A DNA stretch of 64,000 nt from positions 1-64,000 of IMG/VR virus record IMGVR_UViG_2974513674_000001; one strand, given 5' to 3'. Shown here one piece after another: positions 37,469-45,642 of this stretch. Under the pieces are notes generated by a model. It was not told where the DNA came from and did no database searches. It saw only the letters and a list, made by a program, of their open reading frames with translations. Positions within the stretch are counted from its first letter, which is position 1. Every line of letters starts with the position of its first letter. A program made the position numbers and the translations under genes. This DNA comes from a virus (taxonomy: Duplodnaviria > Caudoviricetes).

Positions 37469-38836
37469 ATGGGCGCTCGTCCTTTCAACCCAGGTGCAGG
37501 TGCATCTGGAGGCGGTGGCGGAAGCTCTTCGCCAGCCAAGCTCGGGGAATACCTGTCGGTCTGGGGTGACAGCCGTACCGCCCAGAACTGGACCACCAGT
37601 GTGAACCCGACCGTTCCCGGCCCGCTGTCTCGTAGTTGGGCCTGGTGGTCTGAAGCCCTGTCCGGTCGTGTTCGCATGACACACCGCTACAACTTCGGTG
37701 TCTCGGGTGACAGCACTGCTCAGCTCCTGGCGCGCATGACCGGCGACGTAGCGAATGGTGCGGGCGTGAAGCCAAGCGAAGTGCCAGCAGGTCCAGCAGT
37801 TCTGTTCATCGGCACCAACAGCGTCAACGCCGGCGTATCTGTTGCCGATTTGATGACCCAACTGAACGCCTGTATCGACTGGCTCCAGGGCAAGGGTCAC
37901 ATGGTGTTCGTCGTTGCTGAATGGCCACGCGGTACTGGTACGACTGAAGGCAGCAACGGCTTGTTGAGCGCGGCGAACCAGAAAACTCTGTACGCCTACG
38001 CCAGCGAGATTCGCCGCCTGAACGTGACCAAGAAAGGTGTGCATGTGGTCGATCCTTGGCCCTGGCTCGCTGACCCAACCAGCTCGAAAGCGTCGGTGAT
38101 CCCGAAAGCCTACAACGTGGACGGTCTGCACAACGCCCCAGGCAACGCTTTCATCGTGGGCGAGCTGTTGGCAAAAGCCTACGAGAAAGCAGGCTTGCCG
38201 AAGCAGGTGTTCCCCGTTGGCAGCCAAGACCTGTGGGATGTGACCAACCCATACGGCTGTCAGAACAAGAACCCGATGCTGACCCTGGGCGCCGGCGGCA
38301 ACAAGAGCACCAACGCCGACCCAGCCAGTGTCGTGCCCGAGAACTACACTCTGACCGCAACCACCGGTCTGACGGTGCTGGGCAGCTTCGTGACCGTGAC
38401 GATGCCGGACGGCAGCAAGCGCCCTGCATACCGGATGGTCGTGAGCGGTATCGCCGATGGGGCCGTGAACAACCCGAACATGATGCTTCGCCAGTCCTCG
38501 ATGTACGACGCCGAGAAGCAGAAGGTCGGTGACATCCTGGAAGCCGGGTACGAAGTGATCGTCGCCGACGGCCACAAGAACCTGTCGTCTGTGGGTATCT
38601 CGCTCACCAACGGCGTAACTGCGAACACCGCATACGGCGGCCTGCAACTGACTGGCGATCAGACCATGCCGGAAAGCTGCGTGAAGGGCTTCTACGCTAC
38701 TCCACGCACCAACGAGTTCACCGTTACATCGGCTGCTCAGTTGAACTTCGAGCTGCGGTTCTACTGCTCCGAAGCCGGCGCTCAGACCAACGTAACGGTG
38801 GATATTCTCGGGGCCTGGGTTCGCAAGAAGCAGTAA
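37469..38836 (+). CDS. SGNH esterase protein without stalk
   Basis: GDSR, NFGVSG, IGTN and DGLH blocks; Gly linker at the N-terminus. Confidence 0.8.
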   Translation: MGARPFNPGAGASGGGGGSSSPAKLGEYLSVWGDSRTAQNWTTSVNPTVPGPLSRSWAWWSEALSGRVRMTHRYNFGVSGDSTAQLLARMTGDVANGAGVKPSEVPAGPAVLFIGTNSVNAGVSVADLMTQLNACIDWLQGKGHMVFVVAEWPRGTGTTEGSNGLLSAANQKTLYAYASEIRRLNVTKKGVHVVDPWPWLADPTSSKASVIPKAYNVDGLHNAPGNAFIVGELLAKAYEKAGLPKQVFPVGSQDLWDVTNPYGCQNKNPMLTLGAGGNKSTNADPASVVPENYTLTATTGLTVLGSFVTVTMPDGSKRPAYRMVVSGIADGAVNNPNMMLRQSSMYDAEKQKVGDILEAGYEVIVADGHKNLSSVGISLTNGVTANTAYGGLQLTGDQTMPESCVKGFYATPRTNEFTVTSAAQLNFELRFYCSEAGAQTNVTVDILGAWVRKKQ

Positions 38837-38856
38837 CCGTCCGTCGCGCACCAAAG

Positions 38857-38881
38857 AAAGCCACTCATTGAGTGGCTTTTT
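38857..38881 (+). terminator. intrinsic terminator
   Basis: AAAGCCACTC-ATT-GAGTGGCTTT followed by TT. Confidence 0.7.
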
Positions 38882-38985
38882 CTATGTCGTCAATAAGTTC
38901 GCCTGTTAGAATATTGCCAAATTGTCACTTGGACCTGAATGAATAGGTCCAAATCCCTTCAAACGAACAAATTGGGTGCCAAGAA

Positions 38986-39231
38986 TTGGATACTTCCGAC
39001 ATCACTTTGGAGGGATTGGCAGTGAAGATTGCACCGCCCGCAGCAGTAAGCGGCGCCGTGGTCTTGGGAATGACCCCAGCACAGTGGATCACCATCCTGA
39101 CCCTGGTCTATCTTCTGATGTCCATCGGTCTGTTGATCCCCAAGTATTGGGTGCAACTGAGAGAGTGGCGCGAAGCATGGAAAGCCGCTCGCAAAGCGAA
39201 GAAAGAGGGCAATGGGAATGGATCTGAATAA
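38986..39231 (+). CDS. holin
   Basis: Small protein with hydrophobic helix and basic C-tail, overlapping the endolysin start. Confidence 0.7.
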   Translation: MDTSDITLEGLAVKIAPPAAVSGAVVLGMTPAQWITILTLVYLLMSIGLLIPKYWVQLREWREAWKAARKAKKEGNGNGSE

Positions 39232-39721
39232 GAAGCTGGTTGCGACCGGGTTCGCTGGAGCGCTTGCAGCCGCGGCGACCTTCATCGGCCCGGAAGAAGG
39301 GCTTGAACTCAAGCCGTACCAGGACATCGGTAAGGTGTGGACCGTGTGCTACGGTCACACCGGCAAAGACGTTATCCCGAACAAGTATTACACCCAGGCT
39401 GCCTGCGATGCGCTGTTCAAATCAGACTTGTGGGTTTCGATGTCGGGCGTGCTGCGTCATACACAGGGTGTAACGCTCCCTGAGCCCGTTCTGGTTAGTT
39501 TTACGAGCTTCGTCTACAACGTGGGCGAGAACAAGTTCAAAACGTCTACAGCGCGCTCCCTGCTCGTCCAGGGTAAATTCGTGGAAGCGTGTCACCAACT
39601 GCCGCGGTGGAAGTTCGCCGCCGGCTTGGACTGTTCGGTTCGAGCCAACGGGTGCCACGGCGTGTGGTCTCGCCGTCTGCGCGAAGAAGCCTACTGCATG
39701 ACAGGAGCGACCTCGAAATGA
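39212..39721 (+). CDS. endolysin, GH24 lysozyme, probably SAR type
   Basis: Gly/Ala-rich N-terminal anchor then the EG..PYQD..VWT.CYGHT catalytic E-D-T triad. Confidence 0.9.
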   Translation: MGMDLNKKLVATGFAGALAAAATFIGPEEGLELKPYQDIGKVWTVCYGHTGKDVIPNKYYTQAACDALFKSDLWVSMSGVLRHTQGVTLPEPVLVSFTSFVYNVGENKFKTSTARSLLVQGKFVEACHQLPRWKFAAGLDCSVRANGCHGVWSRRLREEAYCMTGATSK

Positions 39722-40167
39722 TGCGAGTCACCGTAGTTCTACTGATCGCAGCAATCGGCCTGGGCAGCGCCTGGCAACTGGAGCGATCCAGAAGCCGGGT
39801 CAAGCTGCAAGACCAGACGATCACCACTCTGCAAGACCAGGTCAAGCGTGACGCGGCCACCATCGAGCAGGAGCGCGCATGGGCCTCCAATCGGGAAGAC
39901 GTCATCAAGGCGCTTTTAGAGATTGGCAAAGACGTCCAAAACATGCAGGATGAAATCAGGCAGCAAGACAGGGCGAGGGCCAAGACCCTCCAGGAGCTGA
40001 TCAAGAATGACAAGGCTATCCGCGACTACATGGCTCTTGCTGTCCCTGTTAATCTCGGGTTGCAGTACGAACGTCGAGCCACAACCGACCCGACCAACTA
40101 CGGGCCAAGTGGAAGCGTGTCCCCTAACGCCGTGCCTGCTGCCGGGAAGGGGAGCGCCGCAAAGTAA
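39718..40167 (+). CDS. i-spanin (Rz-like)
   Basis: N-terminal transmembrane helix plus coiled coil, after the endolysin. Confidence 0.8.
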   Translation: MMRVTVVLLIAAIGLGSAWQLERSRSRVKLQDQTITTLQDQVKRDAATIEQERAWASNREDVIKALLEIGKDVQNMQDEIRQQDRARAKTLQELIKNDKAIRDYMALAVPVNLGLQYERRATTDPTNYGPSGSVSPNAVPAAGKGSAAK

Positions 40168-40270
40168 CGAGGACTGGACCGCCGCGGTAGACGCCCTTGA
40201 AAGCGAACTGAAGGCGTGTGCGATCCAGGTCTTGAGCTGCATCAGGATTCAAAACATCCCCACGAAGTAA
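40007..40270 (+). CDS. o-spanin lipoprotein (Rz1-like)
   Basis: Lipobox LISGC, Pro-rich, overlaps the i-spanin in another frame. Confidence 0.8.
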   Translation: MTRLSATTWLLLSLLISGCSTNVEPQPTRPTTGQVEACPLTPCLLPGRGAPQSNEDWTAAVDALESELKACAIQVLSCIRIQNIPTK

Positions 40271-40280
40271 GGAATAAGCC

Positions 40281-41051
40281 ATGTCTGGGAATCAAAGCCG
40301 TCAAAATCGTCGTGAACGCCGGGCCGAAGCACGCCGCGAGCGTAAACATGGTGAGAAATTCCCCGAGCTGACCGCCTCTCAACGAGAGACGGACGCCAAG
40401 CTCGAACGTGAAGCCAACCGCATTCGTTTTGGCGAGCTGGAACCTCGCAACGAAGCCCAGGCGCGCTGCATCCAAGTGATCGAAGACACCCGTCTCGCCT
40501 TCATCACCGGCCCGGCCGGCACCGGCAAGACCTTCCTGGCCATCAGCATTGCCTGTGAAATGCTGGAGCGCGGTGAAATCGAACGGATCGTCATCACCCG
40601 TCCGATGGTAGGCTGCGACGAAGACATGGGCTTCCTGCCTGGCACCGAGTGGGAGAAGTTCAAAGCCTGGATCGGCCCGGCACTCGAAGTTCTGGAGGGC
40701 AAGCTGGGCTCCAAGAAGGTCGAGAGCTACGTCGCCTACAAGAAGATCGTCGGCGCCCCGCTCATGATGATGCGTGGTTCGACCTTCCGTAACAGCTTCG
40801 TGCTGCTCGACGAGGCGCAGAACTCCACCAAGGGCCAGATGCAGATGTTCCTGACTCGTCTGGGCGAAGGCAGCCAGGTCATCGTAGCCGGCGACCTGCG
40901 TCAATCTGACCGCGCCGGTGACGACAACGGCCTGGCTGACGCAACCCACCGCTTCCGCAACAGCAAGGTGATGGGCCGGTTCGAGTTCGACGAAGACGAC
41001 ATCACCCGCGATCCACTGGTCCGGGAAGTCGTGAAGGCGTACCGGAACTGA
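40281..41051 (+). CDS. phoH: PhoH-like ATPase
   Basis: GPAGTGKT, MGFLPG, MRGSTF, LDEAQN, GDLRQSD. Confidence 0.92.
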   Translation: MSGNQSRQNRRERRAEARRERKHGEKFPELTASQRETDAKLEREANRIRFGELEPRNEAQARCIQVIEDTRLAFITGPAGTGKTFLAISIACEMLERGEIERIVITRPMVGCDEDMGFLPGTEWEKFKAWIGPALEVLEGKLGSKKVESYVAYKKIVGAPLMMMRGSTFRNSFVLLDEAQNSTKGQMQMFLTRLGEGSQVIVAGDLRQSDRAGDDNGLADATHRFRNSKVMGRFEFDEDDITRDPLVREVVKAYRN

Positions 41052-41057
41052 TAAACG

Positions 41058-41134
41058 CCGCGTCCACTCTTTCCCTATTCTTAACTACTGCTTACAAGAA
41101 GAGTTGTTATTAAATAGGGAAGAGTTGGACGCGG
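41058..41134. repeat. long imperfect AT-rich palindrome, copy 2
   Basis: CCGCGTCCA/TGGACGCGG, CCCTATT/AATAGGG and TAACTACT/AGTTGTTA arms. Confidence 0.7.
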
Positions 41135-41159
41135 ACACCTCGCAAGTCCTCGTTGCAAA

Positions 41160-41181
41160 CCCAGCTCGTTTCTCTCATCAT
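41160..41181 (+). promoter_or_regulatory. CCC-class promoter (CCCAG-N11-CATCAT)
   Basis: Same 16-nt CCC to -10 spacing as eight other sites. Confidence 0.5.
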
Positions 41182-41212
41182 CGTCGCTCGAATCACGCAG
41201 AGCACTCCCACG

Positions 41213-41938
41213 ATGAACCCTCAGAATCCCGGTAGCGAATGGTCCAACCTCGAATGTGATGCGCTTGCACTCCGGTTCATTCCGATCAAGCTGCTCGCGG
41301 AAGAGGCTGAGCTGAACGAGACCAAGTTCTGGGACTACCGGTTCATGCACCCTACCCAAGCCACCCAACTGTACGCCCAGTGCTATGCAGCCGCCCTCAA
41401 GCGTGCGGTCAGCCGGCGCACAGACCTGTGGATGGGTCTGAACATGAAGGGGCTCAAGAAGGCGTGTATCTTCGAGCTGGATGCTCGCTCGATCACCGGG
41501 TTCTGGAAGGGTCGTCAAATGGCAGACCGCATCGGGTGCCCTTACGACTTCTATTGTGAGCACGCGATGCTCTTCGCCGACAAAGCTCGCATGACTTTCC
41601 TCCCGAGCAGCTCGCAGATGTACACCAGAACCGTCCCAGAACGTCTTGAGGGGCTTCCAAGCCTGGTTGAGTATGTCGTAGAGCGGTGGGTCGCTCGCAT
41701 CGCTCACAGCACGTTCTACGCGACCCACGAAGCCTACCACTCCGACAACTACCAGGGTGGCCAGGAGCAGAACGCCTATCTGAACTTCCTCTTCACCAAG
41801 ATTCGTCGCTCGAACCTGCCGGAAGGTGTGTTGGCCACGATCATGGAGAAGAATCAGATCACCCGCGAGCAGGTCATGTTCGCGTTCCCCAAGTCCGGTG
41901 AATCTCTGCTTCGCCGGGCGGCAGTTCTGTCCCAGTAG
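41213..41938 (+). CDS. hypothetical protein, candidate replication initiation/helicase-loading factor
   Basis: KFWDYRFMHP motif; position upstream of dnaB; function is a guess. Confidence 0.6.
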   Translation: MNPQNPGSEWSNLECDALALRFIPIKLLAEEAELNETKFWDYRFMHPTQATQLYAQCYAAALKRAVSRRTDLWMGLNMKGLKKACIFELDARSITGFWKGRQMADRIGCPYDFYCEHAMLFADKARMTFLPSSSQMYTRTVPERLEGLPSLVEYVVERWVARIAHSTFYATHEAYHSDNYQGGQEQNAYLNFLFTKIRRSNLPEGVLATIMEKNQITREQVMFAFPKSGESLLRRAAVLSQ

Positions 41939-41944
41939 TTTTTA

Positions 41945-41973
41945 CCCAGCCCACAGCGCGTATACTCGCGCTG
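41945..41973 (+). promoter_or_regulatory. CCC-class promoter, -10 TATACT in the loop of CAGCGCG/CGCGCTG
   Basis: CCC at 41945, -10 at 41961. Confidence 0.7.
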
Positions 41974-42005
41974 CAACATTCAAACACTCACATAGAAGGT
42001 TAACC

Positions 42006-42275
42006 ATGAACGCTGTCGTCGATATTCATTCTCAGAAGAAGCCCCAGGATTTCAAGAACGGGCACCAGACAATTCTCAAGACCTTCATTCGCGACAAGAC
42101 CCTGATCGAACTCGAATTTGAAAACGGCACCACTCAGAAGGGCCGGGTCACTCAGTTCGACAACTACACCATCACCATCATGCGCATTGCCGGCGACATG
42201 CACCTGAAGGAATTCGGCCACCGCACCTACTTCAAGTCCTCCATCAAAGGGTTTGGAGCGGCCAACAATGTCTGA
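42006..42275 (+). CDS. hfq: Hfq-like Sm-fold RNA-binding protein
   Basis: QTILKTFIRDKTLIELEFENGTTQKGRVTQFDNYTITI...YFKSSI aligns with Hfq Sm1 (NG..L.G.I..FD) and Sm2 (YKHAI). Confidence 0.65.
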   Translation: MNAVVDIHSQKKPQDFKNGHQTILKTFIRDKTLIELEFENGTTQKGRVTQFDNYTITIMRIAGDMHLKEFGHRTYFKSSIKGFGAANNV

Positions 42276-43737
42276 AGAAGCCATCAAGGATAGTCTCGCT
42301 GAGCAGATGGCTCGGCAGATGGGTATCGTCGAAGAAGAGGTAGACCTGGACCTGGACGACGAGCTTGAGAACGTCATGCAGGCCGCCAAGCGCATCACCC
42401 CGCTGCCGACCCTTGAAGAAGGGGCCAAAGCGTTCGAGTTCGAGGCTGACTTCCAGCAGAAGATCGCTGCGCTGATGCTGCGCGACGAGGCTTTCTACCG
42501 TCGCACTGACGGCCTGGTGAAAGCCGAATACTTCGAGAGCCGCAGCCTGTCAGCCCTCGTCCACATCTGCTCGACCTATCATGAGAAGTACCGCCGTCTG
42601 CCCGAGCGCAGTGAGTGGGCTGAGCTGATCAAGGACGCGAAGGCAGAGAAAGCGATCCGCGATGATGACGTCCCGGATATGGTCGCTGATCTGAAGAAAA
42701 TCCTGGTCGGCGCCCTGCCAGCCCGGGACTACGCCGTAGACAAGGTTGCTGAGTTCGCCAAGAAACAAGCCATCAGCGCGGCTTATATGATGACAATCCC
42801 GCTGGTAGAAAAGGGCGAACATGCGAAAGCTGAAAAGATCATGCAGAAGGCATTCGCTACAGGCGCGCAGGCTGTGGTTGAGGACAACGACTACTGGAAC
42901 AGTATCGAGTCCCGGACGCAGTATCGTCGCGACGTGGAAGCGGGTCTGATTCAGAAAGACGGCATCACCTCGGGTCTACCAAAACTCGACAAGATGCTCT
43001 ATCACAATGGCTGGGGCCGCAAAGAGCTGTCCGTAGTCATGGGTGGTGCCAAGAAGGGTAAGTCCACTGGCTTGCTTCACTGGGCACTGGCGGGCTCGCA
43101 GAAAGGCTTCAACGTCCTGTACGTGACCCTTGAGGTTGCGGCGAAGATCATCATGGAACGTATGGACGCGAACGTGTCCGGCGTTGATATGGCAGACCTC
43201 AACGCCAGGGGCAACGATGTCGAGAAGGGCGTGAAAGACCGCGCCGGACTCCGCAAGCCGGGTCACCTGAAGGTGGTCGAGTACCCGTCGGGCCAGATGA
43301 CCTGTTCCGATCTGCGCAAGGTGATCGAGTTCTACCGTGCCGAAGGCATCATCTTCGACATGATCGTGGTCGACTACGCCGACATCATGGCAGCCGAAAT
43401 CAAGTCGGGTAACGACATCAACGAGTCCAAGCAGGTCTGGTTGGGTCTGCGTGCAATCGCCCACGAAGAGAACGCCGCAGTTCTGACAGCGACCCAGACG
43501 AACCGGGCGGGCTTCACGGCCGACGTTGCGAAAGCAGAACACGCCGCAGAAGACTTCAACAAAATCCGTATCGCCGACTTGGTGTTGACCATCAACCGCA
43601 CGGACGAAGAGAAGGCCAAAGGAGAAGCCCGGATTTACTTCGCAGCCTCTCGTAACCAGGCCGGTGAGTTCACCCTGAAGATCAGCCAAGAGCTGAGCAA
43701 GATGCGCTTCATGACTGGCATCCTCGAAATCACCTGA
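42268..43737 (+). CDS. dnaB: replicative helicase (DnaB/gp41-like)
   Basis: GGAKKGKS, YVTLE, IVVDYAD, TATQTNR. Confidence 0.9.
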   Translation: MSEEAIKDSLAEQMARQMGIVEEEVDLDLDDELENVMQAAKRITPLPTLEEGAKAFEFEADFQQKIAALMLRDEAFYRRTDGLVKAEYFESRSLSALVHICSTYHEKYRRLPERSEWAELIKDAKAEKAIRDDDVPDMVADLKKILVGALPARDYAVDKVAEFAKKQAISAAYMMTIPLVEKGEHAKAEKIMQKAFATGAQAVVEDNDYWNSIESRTQYRRDVEAGLIQKDGITSGLPKLDKMLYHNGWGRKELSVVMGGAKKGKSTGLLHWALAGSQKGFNVLYVTLEVAAKIIMERMDANVSGVDMADLNARGNDVEKGVKDRAGLRKPGHLKVVEYPSGQMTCSDLRKVIEFYRAEGIIFDMIVVDYADIMAAEIKSGNDINESKQVWLGLRAIAHEENAAVLTATQTNRAGFTADVAKAEHAAEDFNKIRIADLVLTINRTDEEKAKGEARIYFAASRNQAGEFTLKISQELSKMRFMTGILEIT

Positions 43738-43753
43738 TCAAAGCCCGCAACAC

Positions 43754-43799
43754 CCCAGACTCAAGCACGCATAATCGCTGCTTGAGTCTTTTCGTTTTC
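43754..43799 (+). promoter_or_regulatory. CCC-class promoter embedded in a terminator hairpin
   Basis: CCC at 43754, CATAAT at 43770 inside AGACTCAAGCA/TGCTTGAGTCT, followed by a T-tract. Confidence 0.7.
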
Positions 43800-43816
43800 A
43801 AACAGAGGAAATAAAG

Positions 43817-44116
43817 ATGGACGACGCTCCGAAGGTAGAACCAACCGTAGTGAACAACATCACCAACGTGGACAAGCGAGCCTTTGAGGTTGACTGGGAA
43901 CAGGTGACCTGGATCGCAGGCGTGCTGGGCGTATGTGGTGTAATCGTGGCAATCGCCCTGGCAATCGCCCAGTTCAACACCCACCGCAACGACAAGATGG
44001 CTGAAGCCATCAAGAATGGCTCTCACCCGATGGACGCTTACTGCGCATTCGATGGCAGCAGCGAGAACAAGGTGTGCCTGGTTCGTGCAGCGCTGACAGG
44101 GAAGGAAGTCAAGTGA
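43817..44116 (+). CDS. hypothetical membrane protein
   Basis: One transmembrane helix; GAGGA RBS. Confidence 0.7.
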   Translation: MDDAPKVEPTVVNNITNVDKRAFEVDWEQVTWIAGVLGVCGVIVAIALAIAQFNTHRNDKMAEAIKNGSHPMDAYCAFDGSSENKVCLVRAALTGKEVK

Positions 44117-44403
44117 TCAAGCCATTCGCCAAGCTGTTCCAGTTCGACGACATCGGCCAGGTTCTGGTCAAGCTGGACGAGGCCGAAGACCCGGATACCT
44201 CCGGCCCTGAAATCGTAATCTCCTTCAAGCCCGAGAACCTGGGTGTCTGTGCGGTGAAGCTGTCGAAGTTCGGCCCAGATGGTGACGAAGCCTGGGACAA
44301 AGCTGATAAGGCGTTCGAGACCATCGACGAGGCGTTCGCGTACAAGACCGCCAAGAAGGTGATCGACGAGTTCAACGATATGTTCGCGGGAGACAAGGCA
44401 TGA
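44113..44403 (+). CDS. hypothetical protein
   Basis: GTGA overlap with the previous gene; GGAAGGA RBS. Confidence 0.65.
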   Translation: MIKPFAKLFQFDDIGQVLVKLDEAEDPDTSGPEIVISFKPENLGVCAVKLSKFGPDGDEAWDKADKAFETIDEAFAYKTAKKVIDEFNDMFAGDKA

Positions 44404-44741
44404 AGCTGTCACTGGACAAGATGATCAACCGACTGACCGGCCGCCGCTGGCAGTATCAGGTCGAGTTCACCTACACTCTGCAACCCGGCGTTCCGAACAG
44501 CGGCACCGTTTCTCGGGGCATGACGCTTAGCGTCAACGACCGTAACATCCTTGCTGACCATCGCCACATCAAAAAGGCTCTGATCCCTGACTTCGTCAAA
44601 GAGCTGCCGCCGCACCTGCGTACCAACGGCGCCCTGATGATCAGCAAGATCAGCTATATCGGCTGGTTCCGCGACCGCGATGTCAGACCACCACAGACCG
44701 GTAAGCTGGGTCACCGCAAACCTTTCGGCGCGCTGGTATGA
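44400..44741 (+). CDS. hypothetical protein
   Basis: ATGA coupling. Confidence 0.65.
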   Translation: MKLSLDKMINRLTGRRWQYQVEFTYTLQPGVPNSGTVSRGMTLSVNDRNILADHRHIKKALIPDFVKELPPHLRTNGALMISKISYIGWFRDRDVRPPQTGKLGHRKPFGALV

Positions 44742-45154
44742 AGCAGTGCAAGACGCCGTGCGCCGAGTGCGCCTTTCGTCGAGACATCACACCCGGCGCT
44801 CTCGGTGGTAGTCCAGCAGAGGTGTATGTAGGGCAGACCAATGGTCCGTTCTACATCCCCTGTCACTCGCACTACAAGAGCGACACGCCCGATTGGAAGG
44901 ATCGAGCAATGCAGGCGCCCCAGTGCGCAGGCAGTCGAGTGTTCAGGGCTAACCTGGGTGACACCAGGCTGCCCGAGCAACTGAAAGGCATGAACCCGGA
45001 TCACGCGCTGATCTTCAGCTCGCACGCCGAGTTCGTTGCACACCACAGAGGCATCACGCTTGCAGAAGCTGAGGCCGAACTAGCCCGCCGCACGCCAGAT
45101 GAACTGACGTGGGCGGAAATGAACAAGATGGAAGTCAGGAGAAAAGCACTATGA
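44738..45154 (+). CDS. Cys/His-rich hypothetical protein
   Basis: PCAECAFRRD...PCH...CAG metal-binding pattern. Confidence 0.65.
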   Translation: MKQCKTPCAECAFRRDITPGALGGSPAEVYVGQTNGPFYIPCHSHYKSDTPDWKDRAMQAPQCAGSRVFRANLGDTRLPEQLKGMNPDHALIFSSHAEFVAHHRGITLAEAEAELARRTPDELTWAEMNKMEVRRKAL

Positions 45155-45354
45155 GCCAAAAAGTTTATCTGTTCACCGCAGACCTGGGTGACGGCAGCAG
45201 CACCGTTCGTTTCACCCGTGACTACGATCTTCTGGACAAGCTCTGCGAGGAAGACCCGGAGCAGTACGGGATGAACGAAGGCTACTCTCGCACCCTGACC
45301 TTCCCGGATGATGTCAACCTGTCCGAGTGCGGCTTCAACTTCTACGAAGATTAG
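45151..45354 (+). CDS. hypothetical protein
   Basis: ATGA coupling, AGGAG RBS. Confidence 0.6.
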   Translation: MSQKVYLFTADLGDGSSTVRFTRDYDLLDKLCEEDPEQYGMNEGYSRTLTFPDDVNLSECGFNFYED

Positions 45355-45372
45355 TGATACCGCTCGTATTCC

Positions 45373-45402
45373 CATAACAGCCCGCTTCAGGGCTGTTATG
45401 CT
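45373..45402 (+). promoter_or_regulatory. CCC-class promoter overlapping an 11-bp hairpin
   Basis: CCC at 45381, TATGCT at 45397; CATAACAGCCC/GGGCTGTTATG arms. Confidence 0.55.
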
Positions 45403-45432
45403 TTCAACTTCAACAACTTACAGAGGTGCAGC

Positions 45433-45642
45433 ATGAAGAAACTTTGGAGCGGTGACGATTCGACCCTGGAAGCGTGGCGTGAAATCGCCCGCCTGGCTTT
45501 CGGTGAGGACTCTGCCGCAGTCAAGTACATCGACCGCAAGATCGAGGTCGAAGGCCCACAAGCCGAAGTCCTCGATGACATGAGCGGGATGAACCTGCTG
45601 CTTGCGACCATCCACGACCACCCTGAACTGCTGGACAAGTAA
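45433..45642 (+). CDS. hypothetical protein
   Basis: GAGGT RBS; abuts the primase gene. Confidence 0.65.
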   Translation: MKKLWSGDDSTLEAWREIARLAFGEDSAAVKYIDRKIEVEGPQAEVLDDMSGMNLLLATIHDHPELLDK

